NCBI GenBank assembly: GCA_951406725.2
Contig: OX597826.1
Coordinates: 8,556,001-8,620,000, forward strand
Direction: 5' to 3'
Origin: Octopus vulgaris
Lineage: Eukaryota
Length of the DNA: 64,000 nucleotides
In this document: one piece after another, positions 1 to 13,682 of the stretch
Position numbering within the stretch: the stretch's first letter is position 1
How the letters are laid out: each line of letters opens with the position of its first letter
The notes under the pieces: model-generated
The model's database searches: none
The model's input: the letters and a program-made list of their open reading frames with translations, nothing else
Told to the model about the DNA's origin: nothing
Position numbers and translations under genes: made by a program

Positions 1-390
1 GTAAAGAAATAGGTATTTCGTCTGCCGCTACGTTCTGAGTTCAAATTCCGCCGAGGTCGACTTTGCTTTTCATCCTTTCGGGGTCGATTAAATAAGTACC
101 AGTTACGCACTGGGGTTCGATATAATCGACTTAATCCCTTTGTCAGTCCTTGTTTGTCCTCTCTGTGTTTAGCCCCTTGTTGGTAGTAAAGAAATAGGTA
201 TTTCGCCTGCCGCCTACGTCATAAGTTCAAAATCAGCCGGGGTCAACTTTTCCGCCCATCCTTTCGGGGTGGATAAATTAAGTACCAGTCATATACTGGG
301 TCGATGTGATCGACTATCCCCGTCCCCTCTAATCCCAGGTAGCGCAGGCTACTAACCCCAAGTTTCCGAGTTCGATTCCAAACAGATACT
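1..390 (+). mobile_element. Head-to-tail multimer of SINE family A (unit about 185 bp)
   Basis: GTAAAGAAATAGGTATTTCG occurs at about 1 and about 186. Body GAGTTCAAATTCC...GCCTTTCATCCTTTCGGGGTCGATAAATTAAGTACCAG matches the full copy at 16619-16852. Confidence 0.85.
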
Positions 391-429
391 TGAAAAATAA
401 CAACAACAACAATAATAACAATAATAATA

Positions 430-478
<49 letters not shown>

Positions 479-1374
479 GGTGGTGGTGTAGGTGGTGGTG
501 GTGGTGGTGTTTGCAATTACGAGCCATTTCTATTTAATCTTTGTCAATCACATAGATACTGGCCTTCAGCATGCTCCTTTTCGTTTCCGTTCTACGGCAG
601 AGTGTTATTGTTGACGCTGTTGTTGATGGTTGCTGTGGCTGTTCTGATGATGATGATGATGATATTTTGCTGTTGTGTGTCAGCGATAACGGTAGCGCTA
701 GTGGCGGCGAATGCCGACATCGGCTTCATGTTTGTGATGATGGAGGAGGTGATTTTAGCGATGATGTTTTTTTTTTTGTTTGTATTTTCATATTTTTGCA
801 AATGAAATTTAACAAAATATTTCATTTCTGATTCACACCACATTAACGCTACAATGATACAACATAATTGTTCGTTATTATATAAATAATTTATCCAAAT
901 GACTGTGGTGGTGGTGGTGGTGGTGGGGGTGGAAGGCGTTTTTGTTAATGAGCGACATTTCTTTGTTTTCAATTTAACTTTTATTTTCTTGTTTGCGTCT
1001 CTTTTCTTTTATATTTTTTTCTAATTTTTTAAAAATTCTTTTATTGTTTTATTCTGCAGTGATAAATCACGTTTCATGTAGAAATGGATGACATTACGAC
1101 GAAGACTTTGATTGTTTGGGCAAATATTCAAAGACTTCGCATTATTAGCAAGGTTTATGAAGCAAAAAACAAAGACACGGACCGTTTATAAAATAACATT
1201 AACGAAAATAACAAAAGAAAAGCAAAGAAGACAACATCGATGACGAAACGTTTAATAAAAACAACTACAGCAGCACCTGCCAGCCGACACGAAATTTCCC
1301 AATAGGGGAATATCAGCATACTAGATATAGCAGCCAAATCTTCATCTTTAAAATATGAAGAATTATTATCATTA

Positions 1375-1530
1375 TTAGGTGTCCTCATCCGTCTATAAGA
1401 TCTGAAGTTGACTTTGCCTTTCGTTCTTTCGAAGTCCATGAAATATGTACCAGTTGGACACTGGGGGTCGATGTAATTGGTTTACCCGCTCCCGAGATAT
1501 TGCTGGTCCCCTATGCTAAATTTTAAATCA
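1375..1530 (+). mobile_element. Diverged SINE family A copy
   Basis: GTTGACTTTGCCTTTCGTTCTTTCG...GTACCAGTTGGACACTGGGGGTCGATGTAAT. Confidence 0.7.
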
Positions 1531-1539
1531 TTCATAGTT

Positions 1540-2240
1540 GTCGTCAATCCTCTTCATGTTGAATAACAGGGATCTCCATTCGGGTCTATTCTCCGGCAAT
1601 TTAATCCAGTGTGGAGGCACTTGGCCTAGTGGTTAGAGCAGCGGACTTGAGGTCGAGGGATAGCGGGTTCGAATCTCTGGCCGGGCGATGTGTGTGTTTA
1701 TGAGCGAAACACCTAAGCTCTACGCGGCTCCGGCAGAAGGTAATGGCGAACCTCTGCTGACCCTCTCGCCACAACTTTCTCTCACTCTTTCCTCCTGCAT
1801 CTTGCAGCTCACCTACGACGGACCGGCGTCCCGTCCAGGTGGAGGACCAATACGCAAAGGAAACCGGGAAACCGGCCCTAATGAGCCAGGCATGGCTCGA
1901 GAAGGAACAAACAACAACAAATTTAATCCAGTCCTTAATGTTTTCAACCCAGTTTGTTCTAGGTCTTTCTCTCGGGTGTTTACCATTTATCTTTCTCTCT
2001 AGTAATAGTTTACGTATATTTCGTTCTGTTACTATTTGACTAAAGTACTTTAGCTAGCTTTCTTTCATAGTTGAGAATAATGATTATTTTTTGATTGCTA
2101 GTTGTAGCACGTCTCCATTAGTTTTATGATTTGTCTAAGATATTCTTAACATTAGTCTATATGTCCACATTTCAAAAGCTTCTAACTTGTCTGACAAAGT
2201 TTTCGCCAAATTTCATGTTTCTGCACCATACAACAGTGTA
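1540..2240 (-). mobile_element. Decayed RTE-clade LINE ORF C-terminus, interrupted by a SINE
   Basis: Minus-strand translation TLLYGAET*NLAKTLSDKLEAFEMWTYRLMLRIS...LLLERKINGKHPRERPRTNWVENIKDWIK continues after the SINE as LPENRPEWRSL. This is the typical RTE motif order. Confidence 0.85.
1611..1919 (+). mobile_element. tRNA-derived SINE, head C plus tail T1, with 13-bp TSD
   Basis: A box TGGCCTAGTGG, B box GGTTCGAATCT, (CAA)n tail. TSD AATTTAATCCAGT at 1598-1610 and 1920-1932. Confidence 0.92.
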
Positions 2241-2539
2241 GATTAATCTGTGATTTCGCCCTTTGAGATTTTACATCAACCTTCTTCTCGCCTTTTCTGT
2301 AATTCTATCGCCCTATACGAAACATATACACAGCCTTATCCTCGGGGCCGACTAATGCCTTAATTTAGTAGACAGAAACTATGTAATAGCCTGTCGGGCA
2401 CACACACACGCACACACACACACTCACACACACACACACTCATACACACACATGTCTCCTTCAAATTTATAACCCCAGGAAGGACACCTTGTAATAATGT
2501 AATAATGTAGTAGTACAATCCCAGCAGCCCTGATAATTC

Positions 2540-2615
2540 GAGATTGTCATCACAATTAGAATGCTTTTTGATCATAGGTCTACTCAGTCAAGGTTGACCT
2601 TGGGCTAAACAACAA
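2540..2615 (+). repeat. Old interspersed repeat 3' end ending in (CAA)n (family F)
   Basis: TTTGATCATAGGTCT...GACCTTGGGCTAAACAACAA. Related copies at about 3316-3400(-), 5228-5310(-), 5900-5980(+), 6000-6080(-) and 18878-18955(+). Confidence 0.65.
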
Positions 2616-2645
2616 GACATACACCAGCAACAACGACGACGACGA

Positions 2646-2694
<49 letters not shown>

Positions 2695-4351
2695 AACGAC
2701 AGCAACAATAACAAAAGCATCTACAAATTCTGCATCGAATTTCTCTGCCAATGATTTTGTTTTAAATTGGTAATATAACTTCGAAGAGCAAGTTACAATA
2801 GGTCAGCCATGGTAATATTAACATTAAAGCTAAACTCCCTGTGTAAAGCAACATAGAAATAGCATAATTTTCAATTATATAGATATATTATATTAGATAC
2901 AATACAGGTCTATCTAATAAATAGTCAACCAGTATTGTGTAATCAAAATGTCGGCCGCTGCATTCATATATATTCTAAAGCATAACCTGAGAACTAAATT
3001 GATTCCGTCTGTCTCTCTTCTTTTCTCTCTTTTCCCTCTTTCACTCTCTATTTTCCATCTGTAAAACTTCTGTCAATAAGGTATCAGTATTTTGAATTCT
3101 ATTCTTCAAAAGTGTTTAATTTCATGCATGAGATTAGAAGAAAATCTATTAGATTGATTGTAATACATACACAGAGAAAGTGAGGGAGAGAGAGAGAGAA
3201 AGAAAGCGTGCACAACAGACGGCCAATCACTATAGACTCTCGGGAATAAATCTACTTTGAGGTCATTTCAATGTCTGGCTAGGATAAATAGATAGGTCGC
3301 TCGTTAGATATCATTTGTTGTTTGTTTAGCCCCAGGTCAGCTCTTATCGTGCAGACCTATGATCAAGGGGCATCTTAGTCGTGAACATGCTGTTTCCTTT
3401 TCGTTCTTTTTTTTGTCTCGTGTTGTAATTTTCTTTTTACAAATGCAGCGTATCAAAGTATATCAGCAAGCGTGTCTTTTTTCTTTTTTTATCAGATGAA
3501 AGAGTTTGATTTTGAAGAAGGTTTGGCTGCTATTTCTAGCAGTTCGTTTGAAGAAATGGAGGATCACTGCTAACTCGAGTTATCAGTTTTTGTTAATGTT
3601 GTTGTTATTCTTGTTACTGCTGCTGCTGTTGTTGTTGTTGTTGCCTGTTGTTGTTGTTCTTCCCTTCACACAATTCCAATCACTTTATACTGTTGATGAT
3701 GTCCCCGAAGTGAATGACCCGCTATATAGATTCTGACCATTTCAAGATTCCACGGTCGAAGATTGAGTGATGAGGGAATGAGTGAATACATTAGAGACAT
3801 TAACCGTTTCCTTCATAAAAACCCATTGAAAGCTTGAAAATCAGATCAACGGTGCAATATAATAAAACATTCATTAAATATACAGACGTCTCGCTAAATG
3901 CTGTGATGTTGCGTCAGCTGCCCATATTACGCAACACCACGCGAGCCGAGATAACGACGCTGGTGGACGAGTGAGTCATGACCATTAACAGAACAAAGCG
4001 TTGGAGACGAGATCAGGAGGGGGGAAGGGCGAAATTGAGAGGGGGAAGGGCAACACGATTACTTTTCTCCTCTTTTTTTTTTTTTTTTGCCGCATGGGTC
4101 TCCGGTCTTGGCAGGTTAAATGATGGAAGATCATAACATCTTCGATCGGAAAACCACGGACACTTTTAACATATTGCACTCAATTAAAAGGACCCATGGG
4201 CCAGGTGGTAGAGGTGGTGGTTGTGATGGTGGTGGTGGTGGTGGTGGTGGTGGTGGTGGTGGTGGTTTTGGGAAACTTGACTATAGATTAAGTCAATCGT
4301 CTAAGAACACGAATAATTCCTTCAGAAAGCCTAGCAATTTTTGTTCAGATA

Positions 4352-4797
4352 GATGTTGTGTAGCGAGAAGCTTGCTTCCCATCTCCATGGTTCCGGCTTC
4401 AGTCCCACTGGAAGGAAATTCGAGCAAATGTCTTCTACTATAGTCTCGGGTCGACCAAAGCCTTGTGAGTGGATTTGCTTGACAGAAACTGTAAAAAGCC
4501 CGTCGTATGTATAAGTGTGTGTACGCGCATATGTGTGTGTGTCTGTGTGATTGTGCGCGCGTGTTTATGTGTGTGTGCGTGTTTGTGTGTGTGTGTGTTT
4601 GTGTGTTTATTTATGTATCTATATGTGTGCGTCTTTGTGTCTGTGTTTCCCCACACACACTCCACTTGCCAACCAGTGCTGGTGTGTTTACGTCCCAGTA
4701 ACTTAGCAGTTCGGCAATAGAGATAGACTGAATAAGTACCAGGCTTCCAAAACAAAAGTACTGGGGTCGATTCATTCATTCGCCTAAAATTCTTCAA
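4352..4797 (+). mobile_element. SINE family B with internal microsatellite
   Basis: CATGGTTCCGGCTTCAGTCCCACTG...CAAAGCCTTGTGAGTGGATTTG...(GT)n...GTAACTTAGCAGTTCGGCAA. Confidence 0.85.
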
Positions 4798-5200
4798 GCC
4801 TACTCTAAGCTTCTAAGAATGCGTGTGGCAACTTGACGATCCACCCACCACACGCGATAGACTGGCGGTTCCACGGGCGCGAAAGCTACGTTGTTATCCT
4901 CATTCCGTAAACCGTGACTTTTAACGACTAGAGAGCTGAACCATCCTGGGGTACAGAGGATTCGCAATCTAGACTGGGTTACACCATGGTTACTCTGATT
5001 TGTGGCAGAAGTAGGAAGAAAGAGTGAGAGAAAGCTGTGGTGAAAGAGTACAGCAGGGTTCACCACCACCCTCCGCCAGAGCCTCGTGGAGCTTAGGTGT
5101 TTTTGCTCAACAAACACTCACAATGCCCGCTCTGGGAATCGAAACCGCATTTTTACGACCACGAGTCCGCTGCCCTAACCACTGGGCCATTGCGCCTCCA
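4798..5200 (-). mobile_element. tRNA-derived SINE, head C plus tail T3
   Basis: Reverse complement starts GGAGGCGCAATGGCCCAGTGGTTAGGGCAGCGGACTCG...GGTTTCGATTCCC. The tail matches 31150-31380. Confidence 0.9.
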
Positions 5201-8099
5201 CCGTCATTGTTGTTGTCACCATCGTTGTTGTTGTTTTAACCCAGTCTAACCCTGCTTGAGCAGCCGTAAAATCAAATGGCATCCGGCTGTAATCATCCAC
5301 TCCTTTTAGTTGGAACTTCCACATATTTTCTGTCTGCCGTGTTTAACTCACGAGTCTTGGGTCGACGGTCGGCCAAGAAAGCAACACACTGAGCTGGGAT
5401 CGAACCTGATTTTTTGTGAATGCAATACGAAGTGTTTAATCATTTTGCCACGGATATACAAATACAATATACCTAGCAAAGAGGCTTGTGTTAAACTTCA
5501 TTACCTAATCAGTGGTCTCGCCATTTTATTTTAGAATAGCCAAACTTAACATTTAACTTAAAATATAAAGTGCATGGTCCTTCCTTTTAGAAAAAAATAG
5601 TCAAAGAAATGTGCTGAACAGCATTTGGATATCATTTGGACAGTGATTAATGTGTTAGTTTAGCGCTGAGTAGGAAACGTATAAGGCCGGCTGGGACACA
5701 CAGAAATGGACGCTGTGCTTATAGGATGAAGATGATACTAAGCACTTTCAATTCCACTTCAATAGGACTGAGATGGAACCTCGATCACCTGCAAGAAATA
5801 ACACCGAAATTTTCCTTTAGATTACGCTTAAAAATCATTAAGATAGCTAAGATTACATTGAATACTGTAGTATTAGATACACGATGCCAGGAATAGTATA
5901 ATGATGGTGATCATTGCCGGAAGTATTTTGACAATGGAACTGCTCAATGGGGGCCGACCTAAGGCAAAACAATAACAACACCTGTCGTCGTTATTGTTGT
6001 TGTTGTTGTTATTTTAGCCCCAGATCGGTCCCGATTAAGCAATCTCATTGACAAAATATTTCCAGCAATGATCATGTTTATGCAGGAAAATAGCTGTTTA
6101 AAACTGTAGGACTTAGGCTTCTCCAGAAAACAAACAAAAATCAGCTTTTCTTCTCCTAGAAAGACGGTTTGGGCGTTAGGCCAGCAGTTGTGACCATGAA
6201 ATCACATAAACCAGTGACACAGAAAAATGTGTCTAGTCAGATTGTACCGCAAAGAGGCTGAAAGATGAAAAAGAATATCGATTAGAGTTAAGTGCTGTAG
6301 AATAGGTAAGCTGCAGTCGAATGATTCTGAAACTTGTTTGAAATGCGTTTGTAACCACCATTTTCTTTTTATTTAACTGAAGTCACAAATTTTATTATGA
6401 CGGGAATTTTTTGCCCATCAAATCTGCCGCTTGACACCTTTCTAAGGTATCAGTTAGCTAATCCAATTTTCTGAAGATATTTCTATTATTCCTCCGGTTT
6501 TTTTTTATTACAGTTCAAAGCTGCTTTCTTTACGGTGTGGTATTTCTGGTATGCCATAAATGTTGATATTAAAACAATATCAATTTATCCTGATATAATG
6601 ATGTTTCTCGACTGCTAATTCAATCATCCGGTGCAAGGGAAGAAAGGTGCATAAATTCGTCACTTATTTAGAAGTCACAGCACCGATAATGCGGGTATGT
6701 TATTAGAATGTCACGGAAAGAGTCGCAAGACGGATTCTTGAAGTCGTGCCAACCGCCATGAAAACTAGGAGCAGACCGGGAGCGAAATAGTTGGATAATT
6801 TCCATAGTCTCTCTTGGCCACGTTTCGGAATCCAACGGGGAAGTGTAATGACCGTTGCTTCCAGTGCTGGATTAACCATTAAGCAAAATAAGCACTACTT
6901 AAGGTACCAAAGGGAATGAAGGCACCACAGAAATGATTAATGGTCCACATGTAATTACAACATACATGCATACATACATACATACATACATACATACATA
7001 CATACATACATACATACATACATACATACACACACAAATAAGGCCATTAATGACAGAGATGTAGATTGACAAAATGTTTTTAACAATAAGTAAATTCTAA
7101 TATCACGACCAATTGTTTCATAACATAAACACATGTAATTAGTTTATATTATTATATTTAAAAATAAATAAATCACGTACATGTCTGCATTAATGCAAAA
7201 TGCAACAAATCATTCAAAATAATGAATGCATACACAGACACACACATACACACATACACACACACACATACATACACACACACACACATACTTACACACA
7301 CATACATACACACACACACACACACATGTATATATATGTCATTATAACAAACATATTTTTGGTGTTTGATATAAGGTCGGTGAAGTGGCAGAGATAGCAG
7401 ACCGCTGGATTGGATGGCTTGTAGAATTTGTTCCGGTTCTGTGTAATCTCCGTTCAGATAGCATTGAAGGCATCTTTGCTTTTCCTTTCACTAGAATAAA
7501 GTATCGGTCAAATACTACGAGTTGATTCAATCGACTGCATCCACCCATTAAATTTGAGACTACACCCTTAACAAAGGTCAAATCTTCAATCAGGATGGAT
7601 CCATGCATCTGAACTGCCTATACTTCAATCGTAGTAAGATTCTGGCAAACCGTATCTGCGATACGAGTTCGAGTCCAGTGTCCAGGCCAGTCCTCGTATT
7701 AGCAATTACCGATATAGTTTCCATACCTCAGAAATCGATATATTTAACAGCTTATTTGCCATTGAAGATCTACATTCAGACGGACGAATTACTAAGGCTG
7801 CCACCCAACACCGTACAATCCATTTTATAGTTGCTGGATGTTTTCATTTGAATTCCTATTTAGAATGCAACGTGCCAGCGAAATATGGTTAATCATACAT
7901 ACAGAGTTCACAAGATAACAACTTATTAACTTTACTCCTGCTTTGCCGTTTCTCACATTAAAACTATTGTCAAGTAAACCCCAGATGAACAGTTTTTAGA
8001 ACGCATTTATTGAATATTAGACAGATTTGTTCTATAATAATAAAATCCTATTCTAGCTTCAGAGAAAAGGATTGAATATTATTACTCTGATTGGTAAAT

Positions 8100-8175
8100 T
8101 AATTTCTTAGCAAATAGGCTTTGCTGAATAGCCAACAATAGTAGCATCAGAGCAAGTGTTTTCCTTAATGTATCC
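8100..8175 (+). pseudogene. Possible remnant of a hAT transposase C-terminal dimerisation motif
   Basis: Frameshifted translation LANRL...PTIVASEQVFSLM resembles the hAT motif LA..YLSIPATSVxSERVFS. Confidence 0.35.
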
Positions 8176-8806
8176 TCCCATGTCGGATTAAATTGAAAAC
8201 ACATAAAACTCCCGGTCAGCAATGCATTAGATATATTCTGCATTAATCATGTTTTGGACGTACATCAATATTCGGAAATATTACCAAAGTTAGAAGAATT
8301 CGGTTATTGCTATCCAGACAATTTCTCTTTTAAAAGGCAGATGCCAAACATAAGCGGAAACGTCAAGACTGTAAAAGGAACCGATATATCAAATCTGTAT
8401 GGTTTACAATCTTTATCAAACGATGTACTGGAGACTATCTTTATACTAATAACATCAGTCCCAAAATTAGAATTAATCAATGTCTCCATGTTTATAGCCT
8501 ATTATACATTTCGTTTAAACTCTAGTTTTATGCGATATTACTTGTAATTGAATGGAAGCTATTTCATAAACTGTTGAACAACTAGATGATTTCTTTAACT
8601 AAGTGTCTACACTCTACATTGTCAGCTAAATGTCCTATTGATTTCTGATAGAGACAAAACACAGCATCAGAAATGGCTACTGAAAAGTTTATCAATGATA
8701 TACAGAGAGAGAGAAAGATATAGATATATATATATACAGACAGACAGCGACAGAGCGTTGTGATCGAACAACCATTTACTTGCTTATTAAGTGACATCAT
8801 TCCCGC

Positions 8807-8807
8807 T

Positions 8808-8848
<41 letters not shown>

Positions 8849-9364
8849 GGTAAAATGTGTGTGTGTGTGTGTATCCTTTATACAAATCCACAATTTTTCA
8901 GTTAGAGGGCTCACACTTTCTATGGTCACTCAAAACCGTCCAAGAGTGGTTGTGAAGAGCTTTTCATTTCCCCAGTTACCTCTGAAAGCCATTAAAAAAT
9001 CGATAAACCGACCCCTTATGTTTCAGGTAACAAAAGTCTTTAATACAAGTTTAATCTAAAGATATTAAACCATAGCAAGGGAAATAACTCTATAAACTCT
9101 GCATTTCCCTCCCTTTGTTATATATCACACCTCAATACTCTACCAGACCAATTTAGGAGTCTGTATGACTCTACGCATTTTAGTGTTTTGCGAAGATGCG
9201 TTATCATGTGTTTTGGCTTTCAAACGTGCTCGCTTTTTTGATTTGAGAAATGCAGGGAATAATTAACGAGTTAGACCAAGTGAATGACAGGAGAACGGGA
9301 TTTTCCTGAAAGACCAAATATGCTTGATTAGCACTAGACCGGACAACGCCGGGTCATAGTGCTA

Positions 9365-9365
<1 letters not shown>
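8807..9365 (+). mobile_element. Non-autonomous Helitron
   Basis: 5' TC(TA)n...(GT)n. 3' hairpin ACCGGACAACGCCGGGT followed by GCTAG|T. Confidence 0.8.
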
Positions 9366-9416
<51 letters not shown>

Positions 9417-9789
9417 CTCTCCACCGTTCATCCACGCTCCTCTCAGGCAAAGAAAAATGTTCCGAAACGTGAGATTCTTCCCTTCTTACAACAATTTTGA
9501 ACTTATTGAGGTTTTCTCATAAGTCTCTTAGAAAACAATAAAGACGTTGACGTTTCGTATCCGAACCCATCCGTGAGATTATGTAACCAAGACATTTACC
9601 TTCTAACGGCCTTCTTCTGCCAAGCTACATTAGCTCTCAGAAGATGCCAGACGATGACTGAATGCAACAGATGGTGAAACTGATAATTTCCTGGTTTGAA
9701 ATACTGTGTTAAATTCCTTCCGCGAAACAATTACATGCTATAGGCTGAAATGAAATGACTTAGGCATAAGAAGAGTAAAAACAAAAAAG

Positions 9790-10272
9790 GTAAAGACCCG
9801 TTCGGTCATGAATGACCATGGGATTGTATCTAGTAATTTCCCTTCCGAGACACACAAGTCTGGGCAAGGTAGCTTGTTGAAGACCAGCACTGGGTCCTGG
9901 ATACCAGTTTTCTTCCTCCCTCCTCAACACTGATGTCACAACTGAGTGAACTTGAGCATATATATATATATATATTATATTAAATTAGAGATAAAACCAC
10001 TATTAGGCAAATCAAACAATGAAAAACTTAAGCCAATACATAATAGTGGTTTTATCTCTAATTTAATATAATATTATATTTTACTATAAAATTGGATTCA
10101 ATCCTAAATCTGATTTTTCCCTGTAAGTTTGGATTTATTCCCTAATATTTTATTATTAATTTTTATATATATATATATATATAAAGTGTCTTGCTAAAGA
10201 GCACAACACACAGCCCCGCCGAGAATCGAACTCACTACCTCATGATTGTGAGCCTGACGCTCTAACCACTGA
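9790..10272 (-). mobile_element. SINE head E plus tail T5, split by a (TA)n-flanked palindromic insert
   Basis: Head CTCAGTGGTTAGAGCG...GAGTTCGATTCTC at 10180-10272. The body resumes at about 9955 with TGCTCAAGTTCACTCAG, matching 46111-46265. Confidence 0.7.
9976..10165. mobile_element. (TA)n-embedded element with 30-bp inverted arms (Penelope-like fragment)
   Basis: TATATTAAATTAGAGATAAAACCACTATTA at 9976-10005 and its perfect reverse complement at 10041-10070. Confidence 0.7.
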
Positions 10273-10399
10273 GGAAAAGAAATGGAAAGAAGCATTAACA
10301 GCTCCATAATATACTCGCAATATAAAAGCAATATTGACAATCACAGAGTAGCCACAACATAAGCTCAAAGTAGGTTAGTACTCGTGGAATATATCGGTT

Positions 10400-10910
10400 T
10401 CAATTGTTGGTTCAAGGCCGAGAATTTCTGGGGAAGAGATGAGTTGATTACATCGACCCCAGTACGCATCTGGTACTTATTTCATCGAACCGGAAGGAGG
10501 ACAAGCAAAGACGGCTTCGGCGGAATTAGATCGTATTTACGGATGAAATGACGCTAAGTATTTTGTCCGGCGTGCTAACGATTCTGTCCGCTCGCCGACT
10601 TCATTCATGGAATACACAGAGCATTAGAAAGCACCTCTTATCCGCACAGAAAAATATTGCTTTCAATGTTTGGCTCAAATCCAGTAATTTTAGAGGAGGG
10701 TATGAATCACATCGACTGTAGTGACCCAATCGTAGCTATTTCATCATTTCCAGAAAGGATGAAAAGTAAAGTGGATCCCGGCGGAATTTTCAACTCTACC
10801 GTTTGGTAGCTTTGTAAGGAAATTTGCTGGTTAATTCAATTTAAACAGCCGAAAAAATGCCACGAAATACTTTTAGCTAACGAACTGACGATTCAACCAT
10901 TTAGCCGAAA
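10400..10910 (-). mobile_element. Two diverged SINE family A copies
   Basis: ATCGACCCCAGTACGCATCTGGTACTTATTTCATCG...GGCGGAATT at 10400-10602, with a second degenerate copy at 10665-10910. Confidence 0.75.
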
Positions 10911-10929
10911 TTAAAGTAACCTTTACTCT

Positions 10930-11188
10930 CTTTTTACACCTTACTCTTTTACTTGCTTCAGTCATTTGACTGCGGCCATGCTGGAGCACCGCCTTTAATC
11001 GAGCAAATCGACCCCAGGACTTATTCTTTCTAAGCCTAGTACTTATTCTATCGGTCTCTTTTGCCGAACCGCTGAGTTACAGGGACATAAACAAACCAGC
11101 ATCGGTTGTCAAGCGATGTTGGGGAGTTAAACACAGACACACAAATATACATACACAAATACACACACACTCACACACACACATACAC

Positions 11189-11240
<52 letters not shown>

Positions 11241-11398
11241 ACAACGGGCTTCTTTCAGTTTCCGTCCACCAAATTCACTCACAAGGCTTTGGTTGGCCCG
11301 AGGCTATTGTAGAAGACACTTGCCCACGGTGCCACGCAGTGGGACTGAACCCGGAACCATGTGGTTGGTAAGCAAGCTACTTACCACACAGCCACTCC
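10930..11398 (-). mobile_element. Full-length SINE family B
   Basis: Reverse complement GGAGTGGCTGTGTGGTAAG...GGTTCAGTCCC...internal (TA)/(GT)...GGCCGCAGTCAAATGACTGAAGCAAGTAAAAGAG. Confidence 0.9.
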
Positions 11399-11869
11399 AG
11401 CGCATTTCCAAAAAACCACTCAATATAGACCAGAATAAAAAAAAACAATAAAGTAAATGGACGAAACCGGTGTAGTATAGGAACACTATTCTGCATGTTC
11501 AAATAGCAATGAGGCACACACAATAAGAATACGTCAATGCAACTGGTACAGCAGCAACAAGTTCTAAAATTCTCCTGACAAGATGACGATGACAATAATA
11601 ATAAGCATGGAACGGAAGAAATGATTGTGGGTGTGTATGCGAATGATTTTGTAGGTGTGTATGCGAATGATTTTCTGTGAGTGCGCGCGAACTCGTGTGT
11701 GTGTGTGTTGGATTTACTGTATGCCTATGTATGTAAAGTCTACGATTTTCATACCAGGTATTCTCTCTATATACGCATGCGTTATCGTGTATATGGATGA
11801 AAGTTGCATTCATACAGGTAGGTGTACTTACATACAGACAGATACGTGAGACATTGCTTATAATCTTAT

Positions 11870-11916
<47 letters not shown>

Positions 11917-11938
11917 AATGAACACATACATATACATG

Positions 11939-12038
<100 letters not shown>

Positions 12039-12535
12039 AACAGGGTAATTGTTGATAAATTGAATAAATAAATATTTCAGTCTGTATATATAAAAATATA
12101 TGTCTTTGTGTGTCTTTGTGTGTGTGTGTGTGTGTGTGGGCATGTGTGTGTATGTGAATGCGTGTATGTGTGTATGTGTGTGTGTGTATGTGTGTGTGGT
12201 GTGTGAATACACTTTATGTCTATAAGTGGTAAAAATGTGCAGAACAGACATAAGAGTACACAAAGTCCCATAAACACACACGTATACATACATACATAAT
12301 TCATACATACATACTTCCATTCACACATACATTACTCACGTACATAGACAAGTGTGAGGGGGAAAAAAAGGAACTACGAGCATTTTGATCATTTGAACAT
12401 ACATCGGATTGGGTTAGAGTCAATCTAAATCAGGTTCACATTCAAAGCTTTTTATATTCTCACAATATTTACGGTGTTTTTTTTCTCATTCTTCCTATCT
12501 CTCCCCTTATCTTTCTCAATCTATCTCTCATACAT

Positions 12536-12630
<95 letters not shown>

Positions 12631-12839
12631 TGTATGTATGTATGAATGTATGAACATCTATATACATATTTATATATGTAAATCTATACATGTGTGTGAA
12701 TATATATATATATATATATATATACATGCATACATGCATACATACATGCATACACATATGCGTACACACAAACACACATACTCGGTCATTTTTTCCTGTC
12801 TTTTTCCTTCCATTTCCGAAAACAAAATTTATTTTTATT

Positions 12840-12906
<67 letters not shown>

Positions 12907-13024
12907 GAACACATATGTGGGGAAAGTTACTATTACGGTTTTCAATAAATGTCAAATACTGTTTTACTCTATCCCAAAACTTTATACTGTTTTGCAAAAA
13001 CACACCAAAAAATATAATAATAAC

Positions 13025-13116
<92 letters not shown>

Positions 13117-13161
13117 TATTTTTTACGAAACTGAAAAATACCGAAGCTCGAAATAAGAATA

Positions 13162-13225
<64 letters not shown>

Positions 13226-13484
13226 AAAAACTATAATGAATTATATATTCTATCGATTTTTCATTTATAAATCTTTTCCAACAATTTTTTCATACTTATT
13301 TCAGTATATGGCAGCATATATATATATATATATATATGTCTGTGTGTGTATATATATATGTATATATCTATACATATGTGTATGTATGTATGTATATATG
13401 TAGGAAGGTAAGTCTGTAATATAGGTAGCTTGTTAGCTAGCTAGGTATGCATGTATATACTATTTATATATGTGCATGTATATA

Positions 13485-13522
<38 letters not shown>

Positions 13523-13620
13523 CATATATATATATATATATACATATACATGTATGTCATATATATGTATGATATGAATATATATATTTATATATATATA
13601 TATACACGTACATATATATG

Positions 13621-13682
<62 letters not shown>

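Noticed and set aside
1060-1152. Possible exon after TTCTGCAG acceptor
   Set aside because: All three frames hit a stop after the acceptor, the donor is weak and there is no homology. It could only be non-coding.
1611-1690. tRNA genes at SINE heads (also 5130-5200, 31870-31943, 46111-46185, 51500-51566, 60255-60330)
   Set aside because: A and B boxes are present, but there is no acceptor stem or terminator, and each continues into a repeated SINE body.
9646-9694. Hammerhead-like CCAG-ACGATGA..GAAAC..CTGG
   Set aside because: Too many core and stem III mismatches to distinguish from chance.
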